Counted from the stretch's first letter, positions 23,993 to 31,960 are shown. The stretch: 32,000 nt of DNA from an uncultured Erysipelotrichaceae bacterium (GCA_964401865.1 CAYNZZ010000009.1:26357-58356), one strand, 5' to 3'. Program-made: numbers and translations. Notes: a model not told the origin generated them from the sequence alone.

Positions 23993-24751
23993 ATGGTTAT
24001 TAAAGAAAAAGTTTGTATTAGCACTTTAGATAATCGTGAAAGAACTATTCACATTTATATTCCGCCAGTGAAAAAAGATAAAAAACTAAGTGTCATCTAT
24101 ATGTTTGATGGTCATAATCTCTTTTTTGATAAGGAGGCTACATACGGCACATGTTGGGGATTAAAAGAATATTTTGATAAGAAAAAATATTCGGTAATGA
24201 TTGTAGGCATCGAATGTAATCACGAGGGCAATAAACGATTAGAAGAGTTTTCTCCATACAGTTTTAATGATCCAGAATATGGATATGTTAATGCCGAGGG
24301 AAAAGAAATCATGGAATGGATAGTTAAAGAACTTAAACCATATATTGATTCAAAATATAACACTTATGCCGATCGTTATCATACTTTTATTGGTGGAAGT
24401 TCTATGGGTGGTTTGATGTCTTTATATGCTGGCTATACTTACAGTAATATCTTTTCTAAGGCGTTATGTTTATCGCCTTATGTCTATCATGTGATGCCAG
24501 AACTAATCAAAGATCTTAAAAAAGCTAATTTGAATAGTGACACCGATTTCTATATCAGCTATGGAAGTAAGGAATGCTGTAACTTTAAAGAATTTGTTTA
24601 TTATACTGAAGAACTATTTACTATTCAAAGAGTTATATTGAATAGAGCTAAGGTTTATTCACATTTATTTAAAGGTCATAATCATTCTGAGAGTTCGTGG
24701 GCAAAAGAAACTAATGTTTGGGTTAAGGAATTAGGCTTTGATAAGCTTTAA
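23993..24751 (+). CDS. esterase-family alpha/beta hydrolase (PF00756-like), copy 2
   Basis: 252 aa. IHIYIPP...VIYMFDGHN, nucleophile elbow GGSSMGG and the C-terminal His region GHNHSE. Confidence 0.8.
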   Translation: MVIKEKVCISTLDNRERTIHIYIPPVKKDKKLSVIYMFDGHNLFFDKEATYGTCWGLKEYFDKKKYSVMIVGIECNHEGNKRLEEFSPYSFNDPEYGYVNAEGKEIMEWIVKELKPYIDSKYNTYADRYHTFIGGSSMGGLMSLYAGYTYSNIFSKALCLSPYVYHVMPELIKDLKKANLNSDTDFYISYGSKECCNFKEFVYYTEELFTIQRVILNRAKVYSHLFKGHNHSESSWAKETNVWVKELGFDKL

Positions 24752-24763
24752 ATTGAATATTTT

Positions 24764-24813
24764 AAAACAACAGCAGGATTATGAAGATTCATTCGTCTTC
24801 CTGCTGTTGTTTT
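24764..24813. terminator. bidirectional intrinsic terminator
   Basis: AAAACAACAGCAGGA...TCCTGCTGTTGTTTT, with 15-nt arms and an inner GAAGA/TCTTC pairing. Confidence 0.75.
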
Positions 24814-24822
24814 TAATCTTGA

Positions 24823-25509
24823 TTATTTATTGATTCTTTTGAGCATTCTTAAATGGAGTCTTCGAGAATTGTTTTTCTTATAGTTGATAATCAGGATAAT
24901 TAAAACGATGATTATCACGATGCCGATCGCTATATCAATATATACTATGTTACTAGCTAAGCTAACAATTATAAGCTGAGTATCGAAATTATCCAAAAGA
25001 TTGATTTTTACATCGTTTAGACCTACATGGCCAAAACTTGAAGAAATAACCTTTCCGGGCATGATAATTGTGAGATTTAATTCGACTCCTAAATCGGACA
25101 GTATTTTAAAATCATTGTTCTCTTTTAAAAAGTCTAAATCAATATCTAAAACACTCAAGAAATTTTCATCGATTATTAAGGTGGTCTTGTTGTCGCTGGT
25201 TTGAATTTTGAAAAGTGTACTTTCAAATGGTTCTTTGCTACTCATCAAAAATCCCTTGTATTCAACATCGTCTATTGTTTTTTCAATTTCAGTAAATTCG
25301 ATGTTATTAGATAACACTTCATTGACATGATTTATAAAATCATTTATTTCTTCTGCTTGGTCGCCTATCATATCGCTTTGAAATAGCAGTTCTCCACTCA
25401 ATGTAATTTTATCGTCTTCTTGTACTTTGACAACTCCATTATATTTTGCACACGAACATAAACTAAAAATAAGGGCGACTAGACACACTATTTTTATTAT
25501 TCTTTTCAT
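24823..25509 (-). CDS. lipoprotein with an additional C-terminal TM anchor, unknown function
   Basis: 228 aa. Signal peptide with lipobox FSLCSC, a C-terminal hydrophobic helix (IAIGIVIIIVLIILII) and a basic tail. Confidence 0.6.
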   Translation of the reverse strand: MKRIIKIVCLVALIFSLCSCAKYNGVVKVQEDDKITLSGELLFQSDMIGDQAEEINDFINHVNEVLSNNIEFTEIEKTIDDVEYKGFLMSSKEPFESTLFKIQTSDNKTTLIIDENFLSVLDIDLDFLKENNDFKILSDLGVELNLTIIMPGKVISSSFGHVGLNDVKINLLDNFDTQLIIVSLASNIVYIDIAIGIVIIIVLIILIINYKKNNSRRLHLRMLKRINK

Positions 25510-25582
25510 ATTGTTATTATAAATAAACTATTATTTTTCTTCAAGCTAACATATAATTGACATAATAAGGGGCGATAAAAAC

Positions 25583-26494
25583 TTGAAAAGGTCAACTAAG
25601 ATCATCTTAAAAATAATTCTTTTGGTGATAGTTTTTTCTATAATCGTTTTAGTACGAGAAATATTTTTCATTGATAAAAAGGAAGAGCTTTTTAATGCTT
25701 GCCCATATAACCAAAAAGAACCTTATAATTTGAGCTTAGATTTATATTCTAATCATTATCATATTTTTTCTCTCGATGATGAGATTGATTACTATGCTTA
25801 CGAAAACGATGAGATGATATATCCTGCATCTTTGACTAAACTGATGACACTTGATGCGATCTTACATCTTAATCCTAAACTTGATGATGAATTAGAGATA
25901 AAAAGTTCGGATTTTGAACTAATGTACACAAGAAATGCATCGGTTGCTGGACTAAGAATCGGCCAAAGTTATTCGATAAAAGATCTGTTATATACAATGG
26001 TTTTATCTTCGGGTGCCGATGCATGTACAGCTTTAGAAAGATATTATAGTTATGAAGATATTGATTTGGTTTCTAAAATGAATGATTTAGCTTTTGAGCT
26101 TGGCATGAATAGTTCACATTTTGCTAATACGACCGGTTTATATGAAGACGATAACTATACTACTTTAAATGATTTAAAAAGATTGATACTCGATCTATAC
26201 AATAATCCATTAGCCATGGATATCTTATCATCTTATGAATATGCAGTTGATGGCATAGTTTTTTATTCAACATTATATAGATATGGACTTTTTGATATAG
26301 ATTATGTTGAAGTTTTGGGTGGTAAGACAGGTTTTACTTATGAGTCTAAACAAAATATTATTGTGTTATATAGTTATGACGGTAAAATGTTTTGCATGAT
26401 GCTGGCGGAAGCTGGTGAAAATTTTGACGGAGGGGTTGGATACCATGCTTTAGACGCTGACAAAATATTGGAATATCTGTATAGTCCGTATTGA
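25583..26494 (+). CDS. serine-type D-Ala-D-Ala carboxypeptidase (peptidase S11 family), membrane anchored
   Basis: 303 aa. Motifs SLTK (SxxK) in YPASLTKLMT, SSGAD, and KTG in GGKTGFT. TTG start with AAGGGG upstream. Confidence 0.8.
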   Translation: MKRSTKIILKIILLVIVFSIIVLVREIFFIDKKEELFNACPYNQKEPYNLSLDLYSNHYHIFSLDDEIDYYAYENDEMIYPASLTKLMTLDAILHLNPKLDDELEIKSSDFELMYTRNASVAGLRIGQSYSIKDLLYTMVLSSGADACTALERYYSYEDIDLVSKMNDLAFELGMNSSHFANTTGLYEDDNYTTLNDLKRLILDLYNNPLAMDILSSYEYAVDGIVFYSTLYRYGLFDIDYVEVLGGKTGFTYESKQNIIVLYSYDGKMFCMMLAEAGENFDGGVGYHALDADKILEYLYSPY

Positions 26495-26531
26495 TAAAAT
26501 GGTATAATTGTTTGTAGTAGAGGAAAAATGT

Positions 26532-27473
26532 ATGAATAAAGTGTATGTAATTGGTGGAGCTAATATTGATATCTTTGCGACTTGCCATAATGAAATTATA
26601 ATCAGAGACTCAAATCCCGCAAATATGACGATGTCTTTTGGTGGAGTTGCGCATAATATTGCTAAAAACATAGCTAATTTAGGTGAACATATATATTTTA
26701 TAACTTGTCTTTCAGATGACCATTTCGGTAAGATGATACATCAAAACTGCATAGATAGTGGTTTTGATATGCAATATTCTTTCTTTAAAAATGATTATCC
26801 AAGTTCTATGTATTTGGCGATAATGGATAAAAATAGAGATATGTATTTGGCGTCAAGCGACATGCGCATTGTCGAAGGATTAAAATACGAAGATTTAGAA
26901 CAATTAAAAGATTGCGTTGATGATGAAGATTATTTGATTATTGATACCAATTTGGATGAAGAAGTTATTTCTAAAATATACCAGAACTTTAAAGGTATTA
27001 AGGTTAGCGATGCAATTTCAGCAAACAAGGTTCATAAGTTAAAAAATAATTTAACATATGTTGATATTTTGAAATTAAATATGATCGAAGCTGAAACGAT
27101 TATTAATCATGAGTTAGACAGTGATGAAAAGGTCGTGGCTGCACTTAGAACTCTTAGAGCTAAAGGTGTAAAAGAAGTGCTGATTACCACTAAAAAAGGA
27201 GCTTATTTAGCAAGTGATAAGATATATTATTTTGAACACGACGCTTATGATAAAGATGTCGTCAATACCACTGGTGCCGGGGATGCTTTTTTAGCTGCTT
27301 ATACATATGCTCATAAAAATAATTTTTCTATTAATAAAAGAGTGTGTTTCGCTTTGACTCAAGCGATATTGACAGTTCGTTCAAATGATACAGTAGCTGA
27401 TATTGACTGTGAATTAGTTGAGAAAACGATGAGAAATATTCATTTTAAAGTTGCGGTTCTATATACTTTTTAG
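26532..27473 (+). CDS. PfkB-family carbohydrate/nucleoside kinase (pseudouridine-kinase-like N-terminus)
   Basis: 313 aa from ATG 26532 (RBS AGAGGAAAA). VYVIGGANIDI and the PfkB signature NTTGAGDAFLAA. Confidence 0.8.
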   Translation: MNKVYVIGGANIDIFATCHNEIIIRDSNPANMTMSFGGVAHNIAKNIANLGEHIYFITCLSDDHFGKMIHQNCIDSGFDMQYSFFKNDYPSSMYLAIMDKNRDMYLASSDMRIVEGLKYEDLEQLKDCVDDEDYLIIDTNLDEEVISKIYQNFKGIKVSDAISANKVHKLKNNLTYVDILKLNMIEAETIINHELDSDEKVVAALRTLRAKGVKEVLITTKKGAYLASDKIYYFEHDAYDKDVVNTTGAGDAFLAAYTYAHKNNFSINKRVCFALTQAILTVRSNDTVADIDCELVEKTMRNIHFKVAVLYTF

Positions 27474-27475
27474 AT

Positions 27476-28279
27476 ATGAAATTAATAGATAATGCTTTAT
27501 CAAAAGATGATTTAATCAAATTATTTATCGAGGTAGGTGTAAAATCAGGAATGATACTTGAAGTGCATTCTTCTCTTTCGAAGTTTGGTTATGTTATAGG
27601 GGGAGCGCAGACTTTTAATGATGCTTTGATAGAAGTATTAGGTTACAACGGAACGATTATTATGCCACTTCAATCAGCATCGATGAATGAACCGAGTTTT
27701 TTTGAATTTCCGCCAATAGCGAGAGAACTATTTTCTAAGTATCGCGATAGTTTGCCGGCATATGACATGCGAAATACTGATAGCGAGATGATGGGCAAAG
27801 TAGTTTCTAATTTAAGAAGAAGGAGCAAATCTATCATATCGTGCCATCCAAATTGTTCGTTTGTTGCTTATGGTAAATATGCAAAAGTTTTATGTGAACA
27901 TCAAAAACTAGATTATGCTTTATCGGATACCTCACCTTTAGGAAGATTGTATGAATTGAAATCACATTGTCTTTTAGCAGGTGTTGATTATGATAATATG
28001 ACTTCGTTGCATTTAAGCGAATATCGTTCTTCAATAAGACCAATTATTTTACAAGGAACAAAGATAATGAAAAATGATAGAGCCGTTTGGGAGAAATATC
28101 TAGATTTAGATTTGAATAGTGATGATGGTTTTCTGGAAATTGGTAAAAACCTTGAAAATAAAAAACTTGTGAACATCATTGATATCCCAAAAGGTAAAAT
28201 GAAATTATTACGAGTTGATGTGGCTGTCGATGAGGGAATGCACTACTTTGATAAGATGTTAGAATATTACAAGAAATGA
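27476..28279 (+). CDS. aminoglycoside N(3)-acetyltransferase family protein (Antibiotic_NAT, PF02522-like; YokD-like)
   Basis: 267 aa. LEVHSSLSKFGYVIGGAQTFNDALIEVLGYNGTIIMP is the characteristic N-terminal block of AAC(3)-family enzymes. The gene starts 3 nt after the kinase stop. Confidence 0.8.
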   Translation: MKLIDNALSKDDLIKLFIEVGVKSGMILEVHSSLSKFGYVIGGAQTFNDALIEVLGYNGTIIMPLQSASMNEPSFFEFPPIARELFSKYRDSLPAYDMRNTDSEMMGKVVSNLRRRSKSIISCHPNCSFVAYGKYAKVLCEHQKLDYALSDTSPLGRLYELKSHCLLAGVDYDNMTSLHLSEYRSSIRPIILQGTKIMKNDRAVWEKYLDLDLNSDDGFLEIGKNLENKKLVNIIDIPKGKMKLLRVDVAVDEGMHYFDKMLEYYKK

Positions 28280-28289
28280 GGGGGATACG

Positions 28290-29246
28290 ATGAGAATATT
28301 AACAACCGGAACATCAAAAATTACTAAAACACTTGTTAAAGCCTTTCAAACTTGTGGTATTGAAACATATGCGGCTTGTGGAAGAGATTTAGAAAAAACA
28401 GAAAAGTTCTGTTTGGACAACGGCATAGCCAGAGCTTACGATAATTACGATAAGGCATTAGATGATAAAAATGTCGATGCAGTTTATGTAGGCGTTCCAA
28501 ATAGTTTGCACTACATTTACGCATTGAAAGCTATTTTAAAACACAAACATGTCATATTAGAAAAACCATTTACTTCCAATTTGAATGAAGCGATGGATTT
28601 AGTAAAGAAAGCTATTGATAATGATGTCATCTTATTTGAAGCTATTTTACCGATTCACTTGCCTGCTTATCAAAAAATGAAAGAAGAGATTAAAAACATT
28701 GGTAAATTAACTTGTGCTGAACTTAACTTTTCGAAATATTCTAGTAAGTATGATGCTTTTAAAAGAGGGGAAAAACCAAATGTATTTACTAAAGAATTCG
28801 CCGGAGGTGCTTTAGTGGATTTGAATGTTTATAATTTATATTATGCAATTGACTTGTTCGGATTTCCAAATAAGTATCATTATATTTGCAATATTAAAGG
28901 TGATGTCGATGTATCGGGAACATTTATTTTGACATATGATAACCATTATGTCGTAGGAACAGCTTTAAAAGATAGTAATGCTCATAATTTTGTTTCGATT
29001 TCTGGTGAAGAAGGAGATATATATTACGAAGGAGCTCCTTCGTTGATTGATAATTTTGTAATGCATACAAAAAACAGCGGAACAATTACATACGATTATC
29101 CATTTGATGACGCTTATGTCTATGAAGTTAATGTCTTTAAAGAGCTAGTTGAAAAACACGACACTAAATTAATGAAGTATTATTTAAGGAAAACATTAGA
29201 AGTGATGAGTGCTTTAGATAATTTGAAAAGTTCAGCGTCGCTTTAA
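28290..29246 (+). CDS. Gfo/Idh/MocA-family NAD(P)-dependent oxidoreductase
   Basis: 318 aa. N-terminal Rossmann region and the family motif ILEKPFTSNLNEA. RBS GAGGGGGA. Confidence 0.8.
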   Translation: MRILTTGTSKITKTLVKAFQTCGIETYAACGRDLEKTEKFCLDNGIARAYDNYDKALDDKNVDAVYVGVPNSLHYIYALKAILKHKHVILEKPFTSNLNEAMDLVKKAIDNDVILFEAILPIHLPAYQKMKEEIKNIGKLTCAELNFSKYSSKYDAFKRGEKPNVFTKEFAGGALVDLNVYNLYYAIDLFGFPNKYHYICNIKGDVDVSGTFILTYDNHYVVGTALKDSNAHNFVSISGEEGDIYYEGAPSLIDNFVMHTKNSGTITYDYPFDDAYVYEVNVFKELVEKHDTKLMKYYLRKTLEVMSALDNLKSSASL

Positions 29247-29684
29247 TCTGCTATATAGACATAATGATATACAGTTAGCCACTTTATTAAAGAAGATTTC
29301 ATCTTCTTTTTTAAAACGGTTTTTTATTGGCGAGTCGATATCCAAAACACCATAAATGATATTTTTATAAATTAATGGGATGACCAGTTCAGAGTTTGAA
29401 GCACTGTCGCAGGCGATATGACCTATAAATTTGTGAACATCATCGATATTGACTATCTGACGTTCATTGAATGATTTTGCGCATACTCCTCTTTCTAAAG
29501 AAAGCGGGCTGCAGGCAACCTTTCCTTGAAAAGGGCCAAGAATTAGTTTTTCATCATGATAAAAATACAAGCCCAACCAATTAATATTTTCAAATTCATA
29601 GAAAAGGTATGACACCGCATTGCATAGTCCAGATAATAATTCTCCATCTAATAAAGAGAGTAAAGTTTTTATTCTTGTATCCAT
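29232..29684 (-). CDS. msrC: GAF-domain free methionine-(R)-sulfoxide reductase family protein
   Basis: 150 aa from ATG 29684. WLGLYFY...LGPFQGKVACSPLSLERGVCAKS...GHIACDSASNSELVIPLI...GVLDIDSP matches the fRMsr/YebR pattern, including the conserved Cys residues. The 23-aa track extension runs into the thiT promoter and riboswitch. Confidence 0.8.
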   Translation of the reverse strand: MDTRIKTLLSLLDGELLSGLCNAVSYLFYEFENINWLGLYFYHDEKLILGPFQGKVACSPLSLERGVCAKSFNERQIVNIDDVHKFIGHIACDSASNSELVIPLIYKNIIYGVLDIDSPIKNRFKKEDEIFFNKVANCISLCLYSRLKRR

Positions 29685-29697
29685 GCATCTATTATAC

Positions 29698-29726
29698 TTG
29701 TGCATTAAAAAATAAAAAACTATAAT
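29698..29726 (+). promoter_or_regulatory. sigma-A-type promoter for the TPP riboswitch-thiT transcript
   Basis: TTGTGC (29698..29703), a 17-nt spacer, then TATAAT (29721..29726). The riboswitch P1 starts about 8 nt downstream. Confidence 0.6.
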
Positions 29727-29733
29727 TGTAAAT

Positions 29734-29808
29734 GTAACAGGGGTGTCCGTCATGGGCTGAGAAATACCCTTATTACCTGATCTAGGTTATGCTAGCGTAG
29801 GGAGTTAT
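29734..29808 (+). promoter_or_regulatory. TPP (THI-box) riboswitch aptamer (Rfam RF00059 type)
   Basis: GTAAC...GGGGTGTCCGTCATGGGCTGAGAAATACCCTTATTACCTGATCTAGGTTATGCTAGCGTAGGGA...GTTAT. It carries the conserved CUGAGA, ACCUGAUCUGG-like and GCUAGCGUAGGGA cores with a closing P1 helix, and sits upstream of thiT. Confidence 0.9.
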
Positions 29809-29816
29809 CTATCCTT

Positions 29817-29841
29817 GCGCCTTCTATGGAGGTGTTTTTTT
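29817..29841 (+). terminator. riboswitch expression platform: hairpin that sequesters the thiT SD and is followed by a T7 run
   Basis: GCGCCTTC-tat-GGAGGTGT (8 bp including G-U pairs) followed by TTTTTTT. The GGAGG in the 3' arm (29828..29832) is the thiT RBS. Confidence 0.6.
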
Positions 29842-30408
29842 ATGTCAAAAGCAAACAAAACGATCAAAATTATGGTGTATATTGCATTATATGCCGCACT
29901 TGCTACTGGACTTGATATCATCAAAGAGATGTTGTCATTTCTAGATCTTCCTCAAGGTGGTTCAATTAATATTGCCTTAATTCCTATTGTTCTATCTTCT
30001 TTTCATTTAGGGCCAATATATGGCATGGCAACAGGAATCTTATGGATGCTAATATCTTTTGTAGTTACTCCACCATATATTGCATCAAGTATGGCGATAC
30101 TCGGTTTTATCTGTGATTATGTTATTCCATCGATTATTATTGGAGCTTCATCAATGTTTTTTATGAAAAAAAAGAATTACATTATGATGGAACTAGGAAT
30201 AGTTATAACGATGTTTATTAGAACGGTGTCAATTCTAATATCTGGTGCATACGCATGGCCGGGTGATGAAGCCGCTGGTTCGCTTGCTGCTTGGACTGGA
30301 TCACTAGGCTATAATCTCCCATATTGCATTGCGACAACGGTCTTATTACTTGTCATTGTTCCTATTTTATATAAAACGTTGAACAAACAAATTACTAAAA
30401 CAATATAG
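29842..30408 (+). CDS. thiT: thiamine ECF transporter S component ThiT
   Basis: 188 aa from ATG 29842 (MSKANKTIKIMVYIALYAALATGLD...), a six-TM S-component-like protein. It lies directly behind the TPP riboswitch. Confidence 0.85.
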   Translation: MSKANKTIKIMVYIALYAALATGLDIIKEMLSFLDLPQGGSINIALIPIVLSSFHLGPIYGMATGILWMLISFVVTPPYIASSMAILGFICDYVIPSIIIGASSMFFMKKKNYIMMELGIVITMFIRTVSILISGAYAWPGDEAAGSLAAWTGSLGYNLPYCIATTVLLLVIVPILYKTLNKQITKTI

Positions 30409-30423
30409 TCTGAATGGTACTTT

Positions 30424-30453
30424 AGCGAAAATCTTTATGGTTTTCGCTTTTTA
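30424..30453 (+). terminator. intrinsic terminator after thiT
   Basis: AGCGAAAA-(9 nt)-TTTTCGCT followed by TTTTATT. It overlaps the track's predicted start of the next ORF (30437). Confidence 0.7.
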
Positions 30454-30466
30454 TTGTAGTATTATT

Positions 30467-31012
30467 ATGTTTGTTATGATGGATTTAAAAGTTGGTGAAA
30501 GTACATATATTCAATCTTATAAGCATGATGGTTCTTTACATCGCACTTGGTCTAAGGCTTTAGTCATTGATGTAAAAGAAGATTTTACGGTGGCGGTAAC
30601 CGATCATACTTGGGTTGTTGAAAGCGATGGCAGAAAATGGCTTACTAAAGAACCGGCTATCTGTTTTTTTTATGAGAAAAGATGGTTTAATGTCATTTCG
30701 ATGATTAGAAAGAATGGCATATATTATTATTGTAATTTAGCATCGCCATCACTATATGATAAAGAAGCAATAAAAAATATTGACTATGATTTGGATGTCA
30801 AAGTCTATCCTGACGGCACTTACAATATTTTAGATGAAAATGAGTATGCCGATCATAGCAGGGCGATGAATTATCCAAAAAGTATCATGCGAATTGTCGA
30901 AACCGAAATGAGCGAACTAATAAAAATGATTGAGAATAATATTGAACCATTTAATTCGAGTTATATAAATGAATATTTATTAAAATATTTTAAAATGATT
31001 TCTTTTGAATAA
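30467..31012 (+). CDS. DUF402 / UPF0374-family nucleoside tri/diphosphatase (YgaC/Ntdp-like)
   Basis: IQSYKHDGSLHRTWSKALVI...ESDGRKWLTKEPAICFFYEKRWFNVISMIRKNGIYYYCNLASP...IDYDLDVKVYPDG closely follows the YgaC family pattern. The start is ambiguous (ATG 30467, 30476 or 30479); 30437 is rejected because it lies inside the thiT terminator. Confidence 0.8.
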   Translation: MFVMMDLKVGESTYIQSYKHDGSLHRTWSKALVIDVKEDFTVAVTDHTWVVESDGRKWLTKEPAICFFYEKRWFNVISMIRKNGIYYYCNLASPSLYDKEAIKNIDYDLDVKVYPDGTYNILDENEYADHSRAMNYPKSIMRIVETEMSELIKMIENNIEPFNSSYINEYLLKYFKMISFE

Positions 31013-31028
31013 TATTAAAGACATAGAC

Positions 31029-31057
31029 TTGTATGCGTAAAATATAAGTGGTAGTAT
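31029..31057 (+). promoter_or_regulatory. promoter for the FMN riboswitch-ribU transcript
   Basis: TTGTAT (31029..31034), a 17-nt spacer, then TGgTAGTAT, an extended -10 with its hexamer at 31052..31057. Confidence 0.55.
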
Positions 31058-31071
31058 TTTACTAGAAGATC

Positions 31072-31175
31072 TGTTTCAGGGCAAGGTGCAATTCCTTACT
31101 GGCGGTATAGTCCGCGAGCGAAAGCTGAATGGGTTAAATTCCCATACCAACGGTAAAGTCCGGATGAAAGAAACA
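31072..31175 (+). promoter_or_regulatory. FMN riboswitch (RFN element, Rfam RF00050 type) aptamer
   Basis: TGTTTC-AGGGCAAGGTGCAATTCCTTACTGGCGGTATAGTCCGCGAGC...GGGTTAAATTCCCATACCAACGGTAAAGTCCGGATGAAA-GAAACA. It has the conserved RFN cores and a P1 helix TGTTTC/GAAACA. Confidence 0.92.
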
Positions 31176-31195
31176 TTTTATTTCTTTTTCAATTT

Positions 31196-31224
31196 AAGCC
31201 CTAAACTATTAGGGCTTTTTGTTT
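31196..31224 (+). terminator. FMN riboswitch terminator (expression platform)
   Basis: AAGCCCTAA-acta-TTAGGGCTT followed by TTTGTTT. It lies between the aptamer and the ribU RBS. Confidence 0.8.
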
Positions 31225-31249
31225 CAGACTTCTTAGAATAGAGGAAAAC

Positions 31250-31786
31250 ATGAATCAAAAAATTCAAAAAGTCGCCAGAATGGGAATATTAATCGCCATT
31301 TCAATCGTATTAGTGTATTTTGTCCATTTTCCAATTTTCCCCCAAGTCAGGTTTTTGGAATACGATCCTGCTGATGTTTCAATTTTGATTGTCGGGTTTG
31401 CATATGGCCCGATTAGTGGCATAATCGTTACTGTGATTGCGTCGATTATTCAAGGCTTGACCGTCAGTAGTCAAAGTGGAATATATGGAATAATCATGCA
31501 TATTATTGCCACTAGCTTTCTAGTTGGAATCTCAAGTTTTATCTATCGACGAAATAAAACGATGAAAGGAGCGATTATTAGTCTTGTGTTTGGGTGTTTA
31601 GCAATGCTTGGCGCAATGATAATCGCTAATTTGATTGTCACTCCTTATTTTATGCATATCACTGTACAAAGCTTAATACCGCTAATGCCATTTATCGCTT
31701 TATTCAATCTTATAAAATCAATCATTAATTCAATAATCACATTCTTTCTATATAAAAGAATTTCTTCTTTTCTACATCTGCGATAG
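31250..31786 (+). CDS. ribU: riboflavin ECF transporter S component RibU
   Basis: 178 aa. KVARMGILIAISIVLVYFVHFPIFP...LEYDPADVSILIVGFAYGP matches the RibU/FmnP pattern. The gene is preceded by the FMN riboswitch. RBS AGAGGAAAA. Confidence 0.88.
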   Translation: MNQKIQKVARMGILIAISIVLVYFVHFPIFPQVRFLEYDPADVSILIVGFAYGPISGIIVTVIASIIQGLTVSSQSGIYGIIMHIIATSFLVGISSFIYRRNKTMKGAIISLVFGCLAMLGAMIIANLIVTPYFMHITVQSLIPLMPFIALFNLIKSIINSIITFFLYKRISSFLHLR

Positions 31787-31809
31787 AAAATATATTGATC
31801 GTTAATCGC

Positions 31810-31846
31810 AAAGCATTGCAGTTATTATTAAGCTGCAATGCTTTTT
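31810..31846 (+). terminator. intrinsic terminator after ribU
   Basis: AAAGCATTGCAG-(11 nt)-CTGCAATGCTTT followed by TT. Confidence 0.75.
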
Positions 31847-31960
31847 GTATAAATCAAATAAAAAATAAATCAAAAATTATTTGAAAGCATGACTTGAATA
31901 TATGTAAAAACGGTGTTTTCGATATATTTGATAAATAATTCCTCCCCCACCCAAACCAAC

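Noticed and set aside
27476-28279. Calling the AAC(3)-family gene an aminoglycoside resistance determinant.
   Set aside because: Family membership alone does not predict resistance, since chromosomal YokD-like members are often inactive on clinical aminoglycosides. The operon context points to metabolism, so only the family-level call is kept.
31880-31955. Possible minus-strand mini-ORF after the strong GGGGGAGG motif (complement of about 31941..31948).
   Set aside because: No ATG, GTG or TTG lies at a suitable distance. Only ATT/ATC codons sit 1-4 nt from the motif, and the frame would encode about 20 aa with no recognisable features.
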